From Felis catus (lineage: Eukaryota): DNA of 64,000 nt. The position numbers and the translations under genes were made by a program. The stretch covers positions 17,610,001 to 17,674,000 of the forward strand of contig NC_058368.1 in assembly GCF_018350175.1 (NCBI RefSeq). Reading direction: 5' to 3'. Under the pieces are notes generated by a model. The model saw nothing but the letters and a program-made list of their open reading frames with translations, did not search any database and was not told the origin of the DNA. Shown in pieces: positions 1-12,439 of this stretch; within the stretch, counting starts at the first letter, position 1; each line of letters begins with the position of its first letter.

Positions 1-361
1 TTGATAATTTTGAACATGATGAAATTTTACATTTTCCCCTTCATTTTTAGGGTCATATATCTCTTTCACCTTTAAAAGATTAAACAACTGAGTTTGGATA
101 GCTCTAACGTTTTGCCTAACTGTGGTAACAACATATGACATCGTTCTACTGAAGAAGCCCAAACCTGTGTCATACATAATTTTGCTTAAAGGAAGCTTTT
201 TAGCCAAAAATCTTGTAATGTAAAATATTTACAAATTAAATTATATTTTTATTTTTTAGAAAAATACATGGTAGCTGTGACTTAAGCTTAAATACAGACA
301 TAGATTCCAATCCAAGTTGTATTTTTCAAGAGTTACAGAGCTTGGGGCTTTTGTCTTTTTC

Positions 362-587
362 TTTTCTTTTTTTTTTTTAACGTTTTTTTAAAATTATTTT
401 TGAGACAGAGAGAGACAGAGCATAAAAGGGGGAGGGGCAGAGAGAGAAGGAGACACAGAATCGGAAGCAGACTCCAGGCTCTGAGCCATCAGCCCAGAGC
501 CCGATGCAGGGCTCGAACTCATGGACCGCGAGATTGTGACCTGAGCTGAAGTCGGACGCTTAACCAACTGAGCCACCCAGGCACCCC
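362..587 (-). mobile_element. CanSINE (SINEC_Fc-type)
   Basis: tRNA-derived head GGGGTGCCTGGGTGGCTCAG on minus, (CT)n, A-tail; TSD TTTTGTCTTTTTC at 349-361 and 588-600. Confidence 0.95.
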
Positions 588-2439
588 TTTTGTCTTTTTC
601 ACTCTCAGCAAGACTCATATATTAAATTAGGATAATAGCATCCTTTTATTTTATATGGCTGTTTTGAAAATTAAATGAAAAGTATAATATTGGCCCACTG
701 TGGGATCTTAATAAATTTAGTTATTATGATGATGATATTCTTATTATAGAGAACTTGGAAGATGGAGAAAACAAAGAAAAAATTCACTTATAGTCCCACA
801 ACCACAGATCAGTGCAGACACAGCCTTGTGATCCTTTGTCCAAGATGGCAGTGACCCTTCTCAAGACCCATCCGTGCGTATTGCTCTCCTGTGCACTCCA
901 GGTTACTTTGCTTCTCCTCCAGCTCATGGCTGTGGCCTCCAGTGTGCTGTTGAGAGGCAACTGCAGGGTGGAAAGGCCTGGTCAGGAAGCCCAGTGAACC
1001 TCAGCTGAGAACAGGCTTCAAGTTGGCCGAGTCATTCATATTCTTGGAACCCCGTCCAGTTCTGACATTCTATTATTCTGTCTCCTCATCCATCAATAAC
1101 TTTGCAGTAAAAACATCACCTTATGTTCTGTCACATTGGTCCCTGGCATCTGCAGACTAAACATGCACTTGATGGATGGAATCTCTCTGCATGATACCAC
1201 ACACCTGGCTACGAGCATTTTATGTTTATTTGCTTTGGCTTCATGTATGCACTGCCTAGACGAGGCACTCTGTAAACCTTTTGTGGAGGCATTATAAAGA
1301 GATATATCTTAATGTCTAAAAATACAAGGCTCTTTAGACCTCTCCCTCATATTTTCAACAAGATAATACTTTGGCTTATTTTTCCAGGGACTGTGACTCT
1401 TAGCTATTAAACATAATAATAAATAACTATACCTTAATGTTCTGTAAGAAAAATTTCCTTTTCATTCCTTTATTCAATTATCCTCCTGTTACACACCCTC
1501 TTGGGCACCGGAATATCTGCTTCTTAACACTTCATTAGTGTAAATAATTTCGCATGTACCATTTTGAATTTTGCTCTTGTCACCCACTGGTGCCTCCAGA
1601 AGAATGGTAACCACGTCTGTTTTTCCATTTTGTTACCTTCAGAGCACACTGCGGTACCTGCCTGGCACATAGTATGGAACCAATACATACGATCGCTTTT
1701 AAGAATACTTAGAGTCCCCTGTGCCAAGGATACAACCACATTAATTAGACAAAGCCCTCCTTAGCAAAGCAGACACACAATATTCATACAAATGTTTTGT
1801 AGGAGCAGGCAATTCTAAAGTTTCATTTCGGGAAGAGAGGACAACCGTCGGAGGCAGGATTCTCTGCCTTTTTGTCTACACTGTGCGGTCAAAACCCATC
1901 CTGAATCAATGGCCAAGCAGAGGACCACTAAACGGGAGGTCTAGGGCACCACGCTTGAGTGTAGGTTAGAAACTTAGCTGCGTGCTTCTAGGCGCTTCAG
2001 GCTAGAGTAGAGACTGGCCCTAAACTCTTGTAGTGAATCCACTTACCCTCAAAACCTTGAATTTCATCAATAAGAGCTCTATTAGTCATCATGGAAGTAA
2101 GTCACTGGTTTTTCCTGACACATAGTATGCTAAAGTATGCTGCTGATGATGGAGACGCAGTTACCAGAGGGCATGTAGGGGCTTCCCCAGGAGACAGGGC
2201 TGAGGACCACCCGCCCCTAGACGGGGTGCTCTTGATGGCCCATCAGTGCACCACTGCCTGGTTAAAGCATAAACTGGCGCATACATAATATCACATTAAT
2301 AAACAGAAGCATTTTAAAGTGAACTAGTGACACTGCAACACCCTGTCCGATCCACAGCTAAAGAAAAGGGTAGGACCTCCCCTGGCCGGGTGAAGGAAGT
2401 ACCTTACAGGAAGAGGGGGCAGTTTGCCACACCTCCCAC

Positions 2440-2547
2440 CTTCCAGGTCCGTTCCCACCTCAGAGCCTTCGCGCTTACCTTCTCCTCCTGGAAGTCTCTT
2501 CCCCCAGGTGTTTTCACGGATCCTTCCATCAATTCACTCAGGCTTCT
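2440..2547 (+). mobile_element. L2 fragment (left half, interrupted by L1)
   Basis: Resembles L2 3' region (cccacctcagagcctt...ctggaa..ctcttcccccag...caggcttct); continues at 5242. Confidence 0.7.
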
Positions 2548-3195
2548 CAGGGGAGCGCAAAGTCTGCAACTCTGCAGCTGATACCTGGCGGTGCTCTGGG
2601 GGGGTAAGGGCGAATCTCCAGGAGCAATGGGGTCCGGGAGGGTCTTGGGCCACACGGGGAAAAGCGGTTCCATTGCTGGAAGGACATTTTGGTAGAGACG
2701 GTGGAAACCACCTGGTCCCAGCAGACCCCAGAAAACGGCCACGTTCGCTGGTGCTGGAACAAGGTCGTTGAGGGTGAAGCCTGGTGCCCATAATCCCTGA
2801 AACGCTGCTGCAACACTGTCTCGTGAACTTTTCTGGGGCAGGCTGGCACCTGGCCGTAGTCTCGGGGCTCTGGCAGCAGCAGGGTCCAGTGGGCCTTCCT
2901 GGGTGCAGCCAACATTAGGCCATTGCTCATTCGGCCATTGCTCGGTGAGACCCGCCCACAAAGGGGCAGAAGGGGTCAAAGCGCAGTCCTTGGGAAGTAA
3001 GGGGTCAGGGGAAACAGCCGCATCTGAGACAAAACTCGGGAGAGAGTTACTGCCTGGGGCTTGGTCACGGACAGTGAAGACACGGGGAGTGGACTAAAGC
3101 TGCAGACAGAGGATGGGTGCGCGATTGCTGATCGGAGAGAACAGAGTTCCCGTACTAGAGACTGAATGGCTGGGTGACTCCACGTTGACCGCTCC

Positions 3196-3268
3196 TGCGC
3201 AGGCGCAAAAGTACCTAAGCGCGCTGCAACACTCCACCCCAGTAAGCTGAGCAGCGCCATCTAGTGGA
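3196..3268. promoter_or_regulatory. NRF1-like and CTCF-like motifs in the L1 5'UTR
   Basis: TGCGCAGGCGCA (3196-3207) and AGCGCCATCTAGTGGA (3253-3268; reverse complement TCCACTAGATGGCGCT); motif match only. Confidence 0.5.
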
Positions 3269-3528
3269 GAAAGGAGCCATTACACTGAGCCCCGCCCAAA
3301 TGGGCCAACTTCGCTCATCAGAACACAAGTCTCTCCGCCTGCTTAGTTTATGGACTATAAAGCGCTTCATAGTCTGACTTCTAGGGGAAAACGAAGTAAC
3401 TTCAGTCCTATTTCAACCTGTCAGCAGGTCCATCTATTCAATTTTCTTTTTCACTTCTTTTCTTTTTCTTGAATACAGAAAGAGAAAAAATTCATTTTTA
3501 TTTTCAATTTTTATTAGAAATATTTCTT

Positions 3529-3751
3529 GGGGCGCCTGGGTGGCGCAGTCGGTTAAGCGTCCGACTTCAGCCAGGTCACGATCTCGCGGTCCGTGAGTTC
3601 GAGCCCTGCGTCGGGCTCTGGGCTGATGGCTCGGAGCCTGGAGCCTGTTTCCGATTCTGTGTCTCCCTCTCTTTCTGCCCCTCCCCTGTTCACGCTCTGT
3701 CTCTCTCTGTCCCAAAAATAAATAAATGTTGAAAAAAAATTAAAAAAAAAA
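3529..3751 (+). mobile_element. CanSINE (young SINEC_Fc) inside L1 5'UTR
   Basis: TSD AGAAATATTTCTT at 3516-3528 and 3752-3764. Confidence 0.95.
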
Positions 3752-4274
3752 AGAAATATTTCTTTAATTTTTTTACTAAATTTTTTGTTTTTGTATATTT
3801 TTTTTCAAGTTTTATTTTACTTCTATATTTTATTTGAGTCTACTACAGTGTATTCACTTTTTCAAATTTTCAAATGATTTCCTTTTTTTTCCTTTTTTCT
3901 CTTTTTTTGTTTCTTTTCTTTTTCTTGAATACAGAAAGAGAAAAAATTCATTTTTATTTTTAATTTTTATTAAAAATATTTTTCTTTAATTTTTTCTACT
4001 ATATTCTTTACTTTTGTGTAAATTTTTTCAAATGCTATTTTACTCCCATCATCTCATTTTAGTCTACTTCAGTGTATTCATTTTTTTCAAATTCTCAAAC
4101 GATTTTCTCCCCACCCATTTTTTTCTCTAATCTGTCAAACCACTTTCAACACCCAGACCAAAACACACCTAGGATCTAGCATCATTTATTCGATTTGTGT
4201 GTGTGTGTGTGTTTAATTTTAATTTTTTTTAATTTCAATTTTTCTACCTCATTAATTCCTTTTCTCCCTTCAAA

Positions 4275-5223
4275 ATGACAAAACGAAGAAATTCACCCCA
4301 ACAGAAAGAGCACAAAGAAACGACAGTCAGGGATTTCACCCACACAGACACCAGCAAGATGTCCGAACCAGAATTTAGGATCACGATAATAAGAATACTA
4401 GCTGGAGTCGAAAATAGATTAGAATCCTTTTCTGCAGAGATAAAAGCAGTAAAAAATAGCCAGAATGAAATGAAAAATGCTATAACTGAGCTGCAATCAC
4501 AGATGGATGCAGCGGTGACAACAATGGATGAGGCAGAACCGAGAATCAGCGATACATATGGAGAGGACAAACTTATAGAGAATAACGAAGCAGAAAAAAA
4601 GAGGGATATGAAGGGAAAAGAGCTCGATTTAAGAATGAGAGAAATCAGGGGTGCTTGGGTGGCTCGGTCGGCTAAGCCTCCGACTTCGGCTCAGGTCACA
4701 ATCTCACAGTTTGTGGGTTCGAGCTCTGCGTCGGGCTCTGTGCTGACAGTTCAGAGCCTGGACCCTGCTTTGGATTCTGTGTCTCCCTCTCACTCTGCTC
4801 CTCCCCATTCACGCTCTCTTTCTCTCTCTCTCTTTGTCTCAAAAATAAATAAACGTTTAAAAAAAAAAAAAAAAAAAAAGAATTAGAGAAATCAGTGACT
4901 CATGAAAAAGGAACAACATCAGAATCATAGGGGTCCCAGAGGAGGAAGAGAGAGAAAGAGGGGTAGAAGGGTTATGTGAACAAATTATAGCAGAAAACTT
5001 TCCTAACCTGGGGAAAGACACAGACGTCAAAATCCAGGAAGCACAGAGGACCCCCATTAGATTCAACAAAAAACGACCATCAACAAGGCATAGCAATAGT
5101 CAAATTCACAAAATACTCAGGCAAGGAGAGAATCATGAAAGCAGCAAGGGAAAAAAAGTCCCTTACCTACAAGGGAAGACAGATCAGATTTGCAGCAGAC
5201 CCATCCACAGGAACGTAGCAGGC
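4275..5223 (+). pseudogene. L1 ORF1p remnant
   Basis: MTKRRNSPQQKEHKE...MSEPEFRITIIRILAG... is typical carnivore ORF1; disrupted by a SINE (4648-4877), in-frame TGA at 4903-4905 and 3' truncation. Confidence 0.9.
4648..4877 (+). mobile_element. CanSINE inside L1 ORF1
   Basis: TSD AAGAAT(G/T)AGAGAAATCA at 4631-4647 and 4878-4894. Confidence 0.95.
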
Positions 5224-5241
5224 CAATTCACTCAGGCTTCT

Positions 5242-5725
5242 GCTCAAAAGAAAAAACTTCCACAGAGAAACTTTTACTGATCAATAAATCTAAAATTTCT
5301 CTCACCGTCGCTCTCCGTTCTCTTAGCAATTTTCATTTTTCTTCATAGATATTTTCCTAACTGAAATTCTATTCTGTGGTCTTGTTTTAAAGTTTATTTA
5401 CTTATTTTGAGGGGGGGCATGTGTGAGCAGGGGAGGGGCAGAGTGAGGGAGAGAGAGAATCCCAAGCAGGCTCCGCACTGTCAGTACAGAGCCCAATGGG
5501 GACTCAATCTCATGAACTGTGAGATCATAACGTAATCCAAAGTCAAGAGTCAGACACTTAACTGACCGAGGCACCCAGGTGTCCCTATTCTATACTTTTT
5601 TTTGAACTAGTACTTTTTTTTCTCCCTTTTTGGAAGAAGCTCCACAAAAGGAAAGATTTTGTCTTGAGCTCTATATCCTCAGGGCCTAGAATGGTTTCCT
5701 GGTACAACACTGCTCAATAGGAAGA
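5242..5725 (+). mobile_element. L2 fragment (right half, 3' end), interrupted by a SINE
   Basis: gctcaaa...cagagaaac...ctgatca...tctaaaat, later gggcctagaatggtttcctggtac...ctcaata, resemble the L2 3' end. Confidence 0.65.
5385..5585 (-). mobile_element. CanSINE (older subfamily)
   Basis: Diverged SINEC body with head on minus. Confidence 0.9.
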
Positions 5726-5949
5726 ATTGTTACATCTATACTTCTCTCTGAATATATACATAGAGAAGTGTCCAGAATAGTGTTCATCTAATGTTAATGA
5801 TTATTGTGGAACAGGAACATTTGGAGTTTTTTCTTTTTTTAATTTTTAACTTCTCTTTGTTTAAATCCTTATAAAAGATGATTATTTTCGCATGCAAAAA
5901 AAATCATTAAATAAAAAAAATTATCTCTACTGATATGTGCAGTGTGGGA

Positions 5950-6050
5950 GAATGGTATTAGTGCTGGGCAGAAACTCAGCAAATGTGGGTTCACTTCCCA
6001 GCTGGCCACTTAACTTGAGTAAGTTGCTTGACTTCTTCAAGCCATTTCTT
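5950..6050 (+). mobile_element. MIR fragment
   Basis: gggttcacttcccagctggccacttaac...aagttgcttgacttct resembles the MIR core. Confidence 0.55.
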
Positions 6051-6052
6051 CA

Positions 6053-6272
6053 TTAAAAAAAATTTTTTTTTAAATGCCTATTTATTTTGAGAGAAAGAGA
6101 CAGAGCATGAGCAGGGGAGGGGATGAGAGAGAGGGAGACACAGAATCTGAAGCAGGCTCCAGGCTCTGAGATGTCAGCACAGAGCCCAACACGGGGCTCA
6201 AACCCACGAACCCGGAGATCATAACCTGAGCCAAAGTCAGATGCCTAACTGACTGAGCCACCCAGGTGCCCC
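6053..6272 (-). mobile_element. CanSINE
   Basis: Full SINEC body on minus. Confidence 0.93.
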
Positions 6273-6284
6273 AGTAAGTAGTTT

Positions 6285-6800
6285 TTTAAAGTCAGGTTTA
6301 ATGAGCTATTGACCTTCAGGAAAATTCACTTTTTAAGTGAACTTTTTAAGGTCAATGAGTTTAGCCATCACCACTGTCAAGATACAGAATATTTTCATCA
6401 CTGCTAAAAGTTCTTTAATGCCCTTAACAGCTAATCGTCTCCCCTGATACCCAGCCCTGGCAACCACTGATTAATGTTCTGTTCCTAATTTTCAAAATGT
6501 CACATAAATTCCGGGTGTAGCCTTTTGAAAGAGTCTGGCCTCTTTTTCTAAACATGATGCTTTTAAGATTCATCCATACCGCTGGGTAAAAATAGTAGTT
6601 TGTTCTTTTTCATTGCTGAGAAGTGTTCAGTTGTATTTATTAATTGTAATTTGTTTATCCATCAACCATCTGATTGGTTGTTTCTAGTTACGAATTATTA
6701 CCAAAAAACTTCTATGAACCTGCTTGTATAAATCTTTGTGTAGACATCTGTTTTCATTTCTCTCAGATGAATGCTTAGAAAGGGCATTGTTAGGATACTT
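6285..6800 (-). mobile_element. Old L1 (L1M-type) 3' fragment
   Basis: ccatcaccactgtcaagatacagaatattt, ggcaaccactgat and agattcatccat are typical L1M 3' motifs in antisense. Confidence 0.75.
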
Positions 6801-9529
6801 TTTTTTAATCTGGAAAATTTTTATGTTCAAAGTTTTGAGCTGCTTGTATTTCTTAAGTGGTGAATTTACCTTTAAGAAAAATTCTCCATTTGTTCTGAGA
6901 TGGAGAAAAGGAAACTTAAGTGCCTACTTATCATTCTAGAGAAAGACCTAAATGCAAGAAGGTGAACAATGATGAACCTCCAAGCTAAGAAGTTAGGAGC
7001 TATTTTTAATGACCTAATCAAGATACATGTTTTAACAGAATGAAATAATTTCCTTAAGTGGGGGATTAAAATGCCTTAGATTATTTAGAGTTCTATGTAT
7101 TCCCCAATGACCATTTGTTTGCAAGAATATGAAGACACAATAGAAGGAGAGAATAAAGACATGCAGAGATTTTTTTTTTTTATGTCCTGGTAGAGAAAAA
7201 GAACGAAGTCATCCCAAGTGGACTATTGACTGGTTTGTTTCTTTGTTTGTTTGTTTAAGATTAACATAGGCTCTGGAAAAGTACATAGGTAGGACCTATG
7301 TGACGTTCACAGAACTAAACCTGGGTGGGGTTTATTCTGCAATAATAATTTAAAAAATGGAAGTATATCTACAAGTAAATACACCTAAAAAACAAACAAA
7401 AATAAGATATTCCTACTGCCTCCATTACAAGAGGGCAATCGTGAGGAGCAGGCTTTCCATGAAGGTGAGGAAAATCATGGCCTCTTCTCTCCACAGCCAA
7501 GATGGCGGGGGTGGGGGTGGGGTTGCTATAGATTCTGAAACATAGGGGTACTTCAGCCAGTGATGAGATGGGCTGGGCAGAAAGTGGGGAGCAGGTGGGA
7601 ACAGAGCCCTGCATATTGAAGACAGGCCAATGGAGACCCTGAAGTTTGTTTGGGCCTGTGGGATCTAAAAGGAGACACCTTTTAGTACAATTGAAAATTG
7701 CCTATGTTTTTTGTTTTGTTTTCTTCTTTGATAGTTTTTCATCCTCGAGCATTTCTTCCTTTACTTGAGCACCTACCAAGTAAAATCTAACTTGTGCTTC
7801 AGCTAGGCTATGGGAAATTAGGAACGGATTTGCCTCATGTTTTGGACACTAGGCAAAAGAGAGGTCCCCTTCCCCTGAAGGCCAGGGTCTAACAGTATTC
7901 TTGCTGGCTGGTGACAACAGTGTGAGAAGCAGCATGCATCTTGAGTGTCGTGGCCAGGAAAGCAAAAGTGAGGGGCTTGACCAAGAGGACAGAGAAGAAC
8001 AGGGTGCGGGGCCCAACCCTGATCACCCCCGCAACGGCTGCCTGGGAACGCTCAGAAATGCTGAGGGGAAATTTTGAAGGGACATAATTTCTGGCTGTGA
8101 TAACTTGGGCATTGAAAAGAACTATGACCTTGCAATGTCTTCTCAGTGCTGAGGCCTGGAATATTTGCTTATCCCAAAGGCTGCATATTGTATATAATTA
8201 AATCACCGAATGTCTTGAAAAATAGGAATTCAAATCCTGATTTCACTTGTGAACAGCAAAGCTTGACACTTAAGGAATTTAAAAACACTCCTTCCTTACC
8301 TCTCCTTCCAGATCTAAGAGATTTATGTCAAGTGAGATCTTGCCCTGGATGGAAAGGAATGTTAAGACAAATTTAAGGATTAACATGGGAGAATGGATGT
8401 GACTTCTTAAATCAGTTCAAGCTTTAAATATAATATACTATTTAATGGGTTCTTGCTGTGTGCCATTGTAACCCTTCCACCATGACTCCATACACGGAGT
8501 CTGGAAGTTCAGTCATGTAAAACACACAGACATCACTTTAAGAATTTATCAAAATGACTACCCCAAAGCCCCAGGGGTCCAGACGGAGATTTGAATCCAC
8601 TGGCTGCAGCTTGGCACTCCAGGTGGTGGTTTTCAATATAGATGAGAATTTTCTAGGTTCTGAAATGTCTGAGAATCCCAGGACAGCAAGCCATGATTCC
8701 AGGAAGTTTTTGTTCGTTGGCATCCATTTCATAGGCCGTATCTGAGGATATTGGACATGGAGAGTTCTGGGGACACAGGGACGCATCCTTCTCTCCCTAC
8801 TTCCAGAGATGGGGTGGCTGCCATTTCTTCTTCCCACCTTTCAGTCTCCCTGCCCCTCGAGTCCTCTCCGGTCCTCTCACAGGAGAGCTGGGTGGAAGAG
8901 GAGAGCAGACTCATGTCAACGAAACTTGGTTTTATTTCAGAGGCTTAGTCCTTATTTTATTCAATATGTTTAAATATAATACATATAATACATTGTTGAA
9001 TGCGCTATATTTTAAAAGGTCTGATTAGCCTTTTTGTGGTTTTAAATAGCTATAAAATATGTTTCTTTTCTGAGAGTGATGATTAAAGGCCCGGAAGCCA
9101 CTTATGTTTTTATTATTTAAATGATATTTTTCGTTAAACCATATAGCTCTGCCTTGTCATTAATTAGACATTAACCAAAGAACCCATCACATTCAAGCAA
9201 GAGCTATACTCAGCAAAAATCAATATTTTAAATCCTAGCCTCCAGCTTTTTATGCAGAAAGGTCTTGGAATAGAAGCTCCTCATACTGGAAGAAAAATTA
9301 AAACAAAAAAAAAAAGCAAAGCAAAAACAGATCAGCTCTAAAACTGTTGTTCTACTTCTTAAAATCGAACTTGGTAATAATTCACTAAGCTGTCTCTATA
9401 ATGCAAACCTCTAGAAAACTTTTAATACTAGCATAGACCCAGGTGGGCCTATCTTAGAAACTCATTAAGTTTTTGTTGAATCCATTAAAAAAAAAAATGA
9501 ATTAACTAATGCCTATAGTCCAGCCTATT

Positions 9530-9645
9530 GATTTTATGTATCACAGACACAAGGTTGAGAGATGTCAAGTGCCTGCCCAAAGTCACATAGCCAGAGAGTA
9601 ACTAAAACGGCACCAGAACACGTATTATCTGGTTATCAAACCAAT
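9530..9645 (-). mobile_element. MIR fragment
   Basis: gagagatgtcaagtgcctgcccaaagtcacatagc. Confidence 0.65.
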
Positions 9646-9744
9646 TTTTTTTCCACCAGTCCACAAACACATTGGTCTTGGATTTTAAAAACCCCAGTTC
9701 AATTTTAACACTGTTATTGTTTTCCCCTAGAGACATTTTGCCCC

Positions 9745-10649
9745 TGGGGTGGTTGATTTTATGTGTCAAATTGGCTAGGCTGAGATACCTAGTTGTTTGG
9801 CCAAACAACAGTCTAGATGTTGCTATGAAGGTATCTTTTAGATGTGATCAAAATTTAAATCAGTTGAGCATGAGTAAAGAAGATTTCTCTCCATAATGTG
9901 AATGGGGGTCATGCAATCAGCTGAAAGTTTTAAGAGAAAACTCTTAATGGCTCTCCAGAAGGAAGCCTCTCCCTCCAGACTGCCTTCGGACTCAAGAGCG
10001 CAGCATCAAATGTGAAATAAACCAGACAAAGACAAATCCTGTCTGATATCACTCATATGTGGGACCTAAAAAAGCCAAACTCAGAAAAACAGGGAGAAGA
10101 GTGGTGGTTACCAGGAAACGGGGAGATAATATTGGTCAAAGGGTACAACTTCTAATTATACGATTAACAAGTTTGGGGATCTAATTTACAGCATGGTGAT
10201 TATAATTAGTAATACTGTTTCATATACTTGAATAACGCTAAGAAGACATTTTAAATGTTCTCACCACACAAAAGAAACAGTACCCATGTGACCTGTGGTG
10301 TGATAGATGTGTTAAGCTAACGCTGTGGCGATAATCATTTTGCAATATATACACGTATCAAATTAACACGCTGTACGCCTTCAATTTATACAACGTAATG
10401 TGTCAATTATATCTCAATAAAGCTGGGGGCAAATTTCTCGCCTGCCAGCCCGCACTGCAAATTTGGACTTGTCAGCCCCCACAATTGTATGAACCAATTC
10501 CTTAATAATAAGTGGGAGGGAGACTGAGTCAATTGGGTCAACTTATTGAGTGACCCAATAAGTGAGTCAATTCCTTAAAAGATCTACCTATTTGTATCAC
10601 TCTCTCTCTCTCTCTAATGGGTTCTATTTCTCTGGAGAACTCTAATATA
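9745..10649 (+). mobile_element. MLT2 (ERVL) solo LTR, interrupted by L1
   Basis: ggttgattttatgtgtcaaattggctagg...ggttctatttctctggagaactctaatata; 5-bp TSD GCCCC/GTCCC. Confidence 0.85.
10011..10430 (+). mobile_element. L1 3' end nested in MLT2
   Basis: gacaaatcctgtctgatatcactcatatgtgg...tcaattatatctcaataaagctgggg. Confidence 0.85.
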
Positions 10650-10765
10650 GTCCCCAATAAAATTAACAGATGAATAGAATTAAAAAAGACGTGTGTTGTC
10701 TGACAGGTCAAGCAATGTTCTGGGCTCTGGGGACTGGAGGGGTCATCTTAAAGACTTCTGAGGTG

Positions 10766-10985
10766 GGGGCACCTGGGTGGCTCAGTCGGTAAAGCGTCTG
10801 ACTCTTGATTCCGGTTCAGTCATGATCTCTGGTTTGTGAGATGGAGCCCCGTGCTGGGCTCTGTGCTGCCAGTGCAGAGCCTGCTTGGGATTCTCTCTCT
10901 TCCTCCCTCTGTCTCTCTCCCACTCGCACGTATGGGCATGTGTGCTTTCTCTCAAAATAAATGAAAAACATTAAAAAAAAAAAAA
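10766..10985 (+). mobile_element. CanSINE (older)
   Basis: Degenerate TSD AAAGACTTCTGAGGTG / AAAGAGCTCCGAGGTG. Confidence 0.93.
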
Positions 10986-12003
10986 AAAGAGCTCCGAGGT
11001 GTAAAGGAACCACGAAGTTGCCTCATCTTGGGGTAGATTAATGTGAAATTTTGTACACTCCATTAGGCATGGTTCAGAAGAATGAAATAACCCATCCAGC
11101 TGCCTGGATAGGAAGCCCCGGCTCTCAGTCCCATTCTCATCTCTCAATAGACTTTCCTTACACGTCTTCTTGGGACTCTGGGCTCTCTCTGTCCTGATAG
11201 CAAATCTTCTATAATTTTCTCTGGGAATCATCTCAGCTTGAAGTTACACCTACACATTCTCACTAAAATCTCTCCTTATCATTTTCTTAGGCAGTTAATG
11301 CGGGGAAAATTTAAGCTATACATATCCGGTTTGATTAATACACGTAAATTCCTAAGTCAAGATTTTCACAAGCAAGAATCTAGATACGTGAACTACATTT
11401 TCACAGCATTCTAAAGTTGGGGTAGAATGATATAATGCAAGCAGTATAAAAGAAGGCCCTCTGAAGAGTGAGGGGTCCCCTCCAATTCCTCATTATTATA
11501 ATATAGCAGCATCTCAAGTCAAGGAGAACCCAACCCATTGCCTGGTTTATAAACTAAGATTTTTCCCTATTCGATTTGGTTGTTTGGTTCGAACTCTGAG
11601 TTCTACCAACCCCTTAGCAAAACTAACTTTCCCCAAGCCTCAGACTTACAGACCGTTACTCATATCAAAGACTATCTGTTGTAAATTCCTGAAGGAACTC
11701 TTGTATTCTCCATGCCATGGCCTGTCACCACATTCCTCTCCCAGGACACTGTCTCTGAAAGCGCCCTCTTAACCAGGCAAGCTTGAGCTAGGTCTCAAAG
11801 AGGAAAACGGTACAAAAATGATTTCCCCGAGAGAGGCAGCTTTCTCTCCTCACGACTCCAAGGATGTCACAGTGACTGATAGCTGCTAAATCCTGATCAG
11901 CAGGTTAATTTATCTCAAAGCATGAAGCTTGGATTACAGGCTTTACCTCCAGAGAGCAATCTTTCCCCTTGATCAAACTTCGGCGACGCTCTACGCTCTC
12001 TTC

Positions 12004-12114
12004 GCCTGGAAACTGCTTCCGATTCTGTGTCTCCCTCTTTCTCTGCCCTTCTCCTGCTCATGCACTGACTCTCTCTCTCTCTCTCAAAAATAAGTAAACA
12101 TTACAAAAAAAAAA
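12004..12114 (+). mobile_element. CanSINE 3' fragment
   Basis: gattctgtgtctccctc...(CT)n caaaaataagtaaac. Confidence 0.85.
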
Positions 12115-12439
12115 TTACTTTGCTTCTTTTTTTTTTGCAATTGATTTGAAATAAATCTGCCTGAACTCTCTTCTGAAACAAACCAGTATTTATTTATAGT
12201 TGTCTATTAGGTATGTGGTGTGTGCTTATCAGCAGAAGAAATATAATAGACGAGAGGTCTTACTGCTTATGCTGTGGAGAAGCCAGACGGCTTATGTTTT
12301 TATAGACACTCAAACAATATTAGGGTCATTTGTTACACAGGGCTGAAAATTGAGTTTTATTATTCTGGTTCATAAAACGGGGTTACTCGTCCTGAAAAAT
12401 GGTGGATGGGCTGTCACCAAATAACTGCCTAACCTCTGG

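Larger units (their letters stand above)
2548..5223 (+). mobile_element. Carnivore LINE-1 5'UTR plus partial ORF1, truncated at both ends, no poly(A)
   Basis: GC-rich L1 5'UTR, T-rich repeated segment, ORF1 start at 4275; flanked by 18-bp direct repeat CAATTCACTCAGGCTTCT (2530-2547, 5224-5241). Confidence 0.9.

Noticed and set aside
2404..3260. Overlapping ORFs up to 191 aa
   Set aside because: They lie in the GC-rich L1 5'UTR or cross the L2/L1 junction; no recognisable protein
3440..3990. About 80-bp direct repeat (tttttcttgaatacagaaagagaaaaaattcattttta...)
   Set aside because: Appears to be the internal tandem repeat of the carnivore L1 5'UTR; not CRISPR-like or a separate element
7299..8533. 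Possible very old LTR-like element
   Set aside because: No recognisable consensus, termini or TSD that I can support
8538..8948. Cluster of short ORFs on both strands
   Set aside because: No convincing splice signals or known domain; frames terminate quickly
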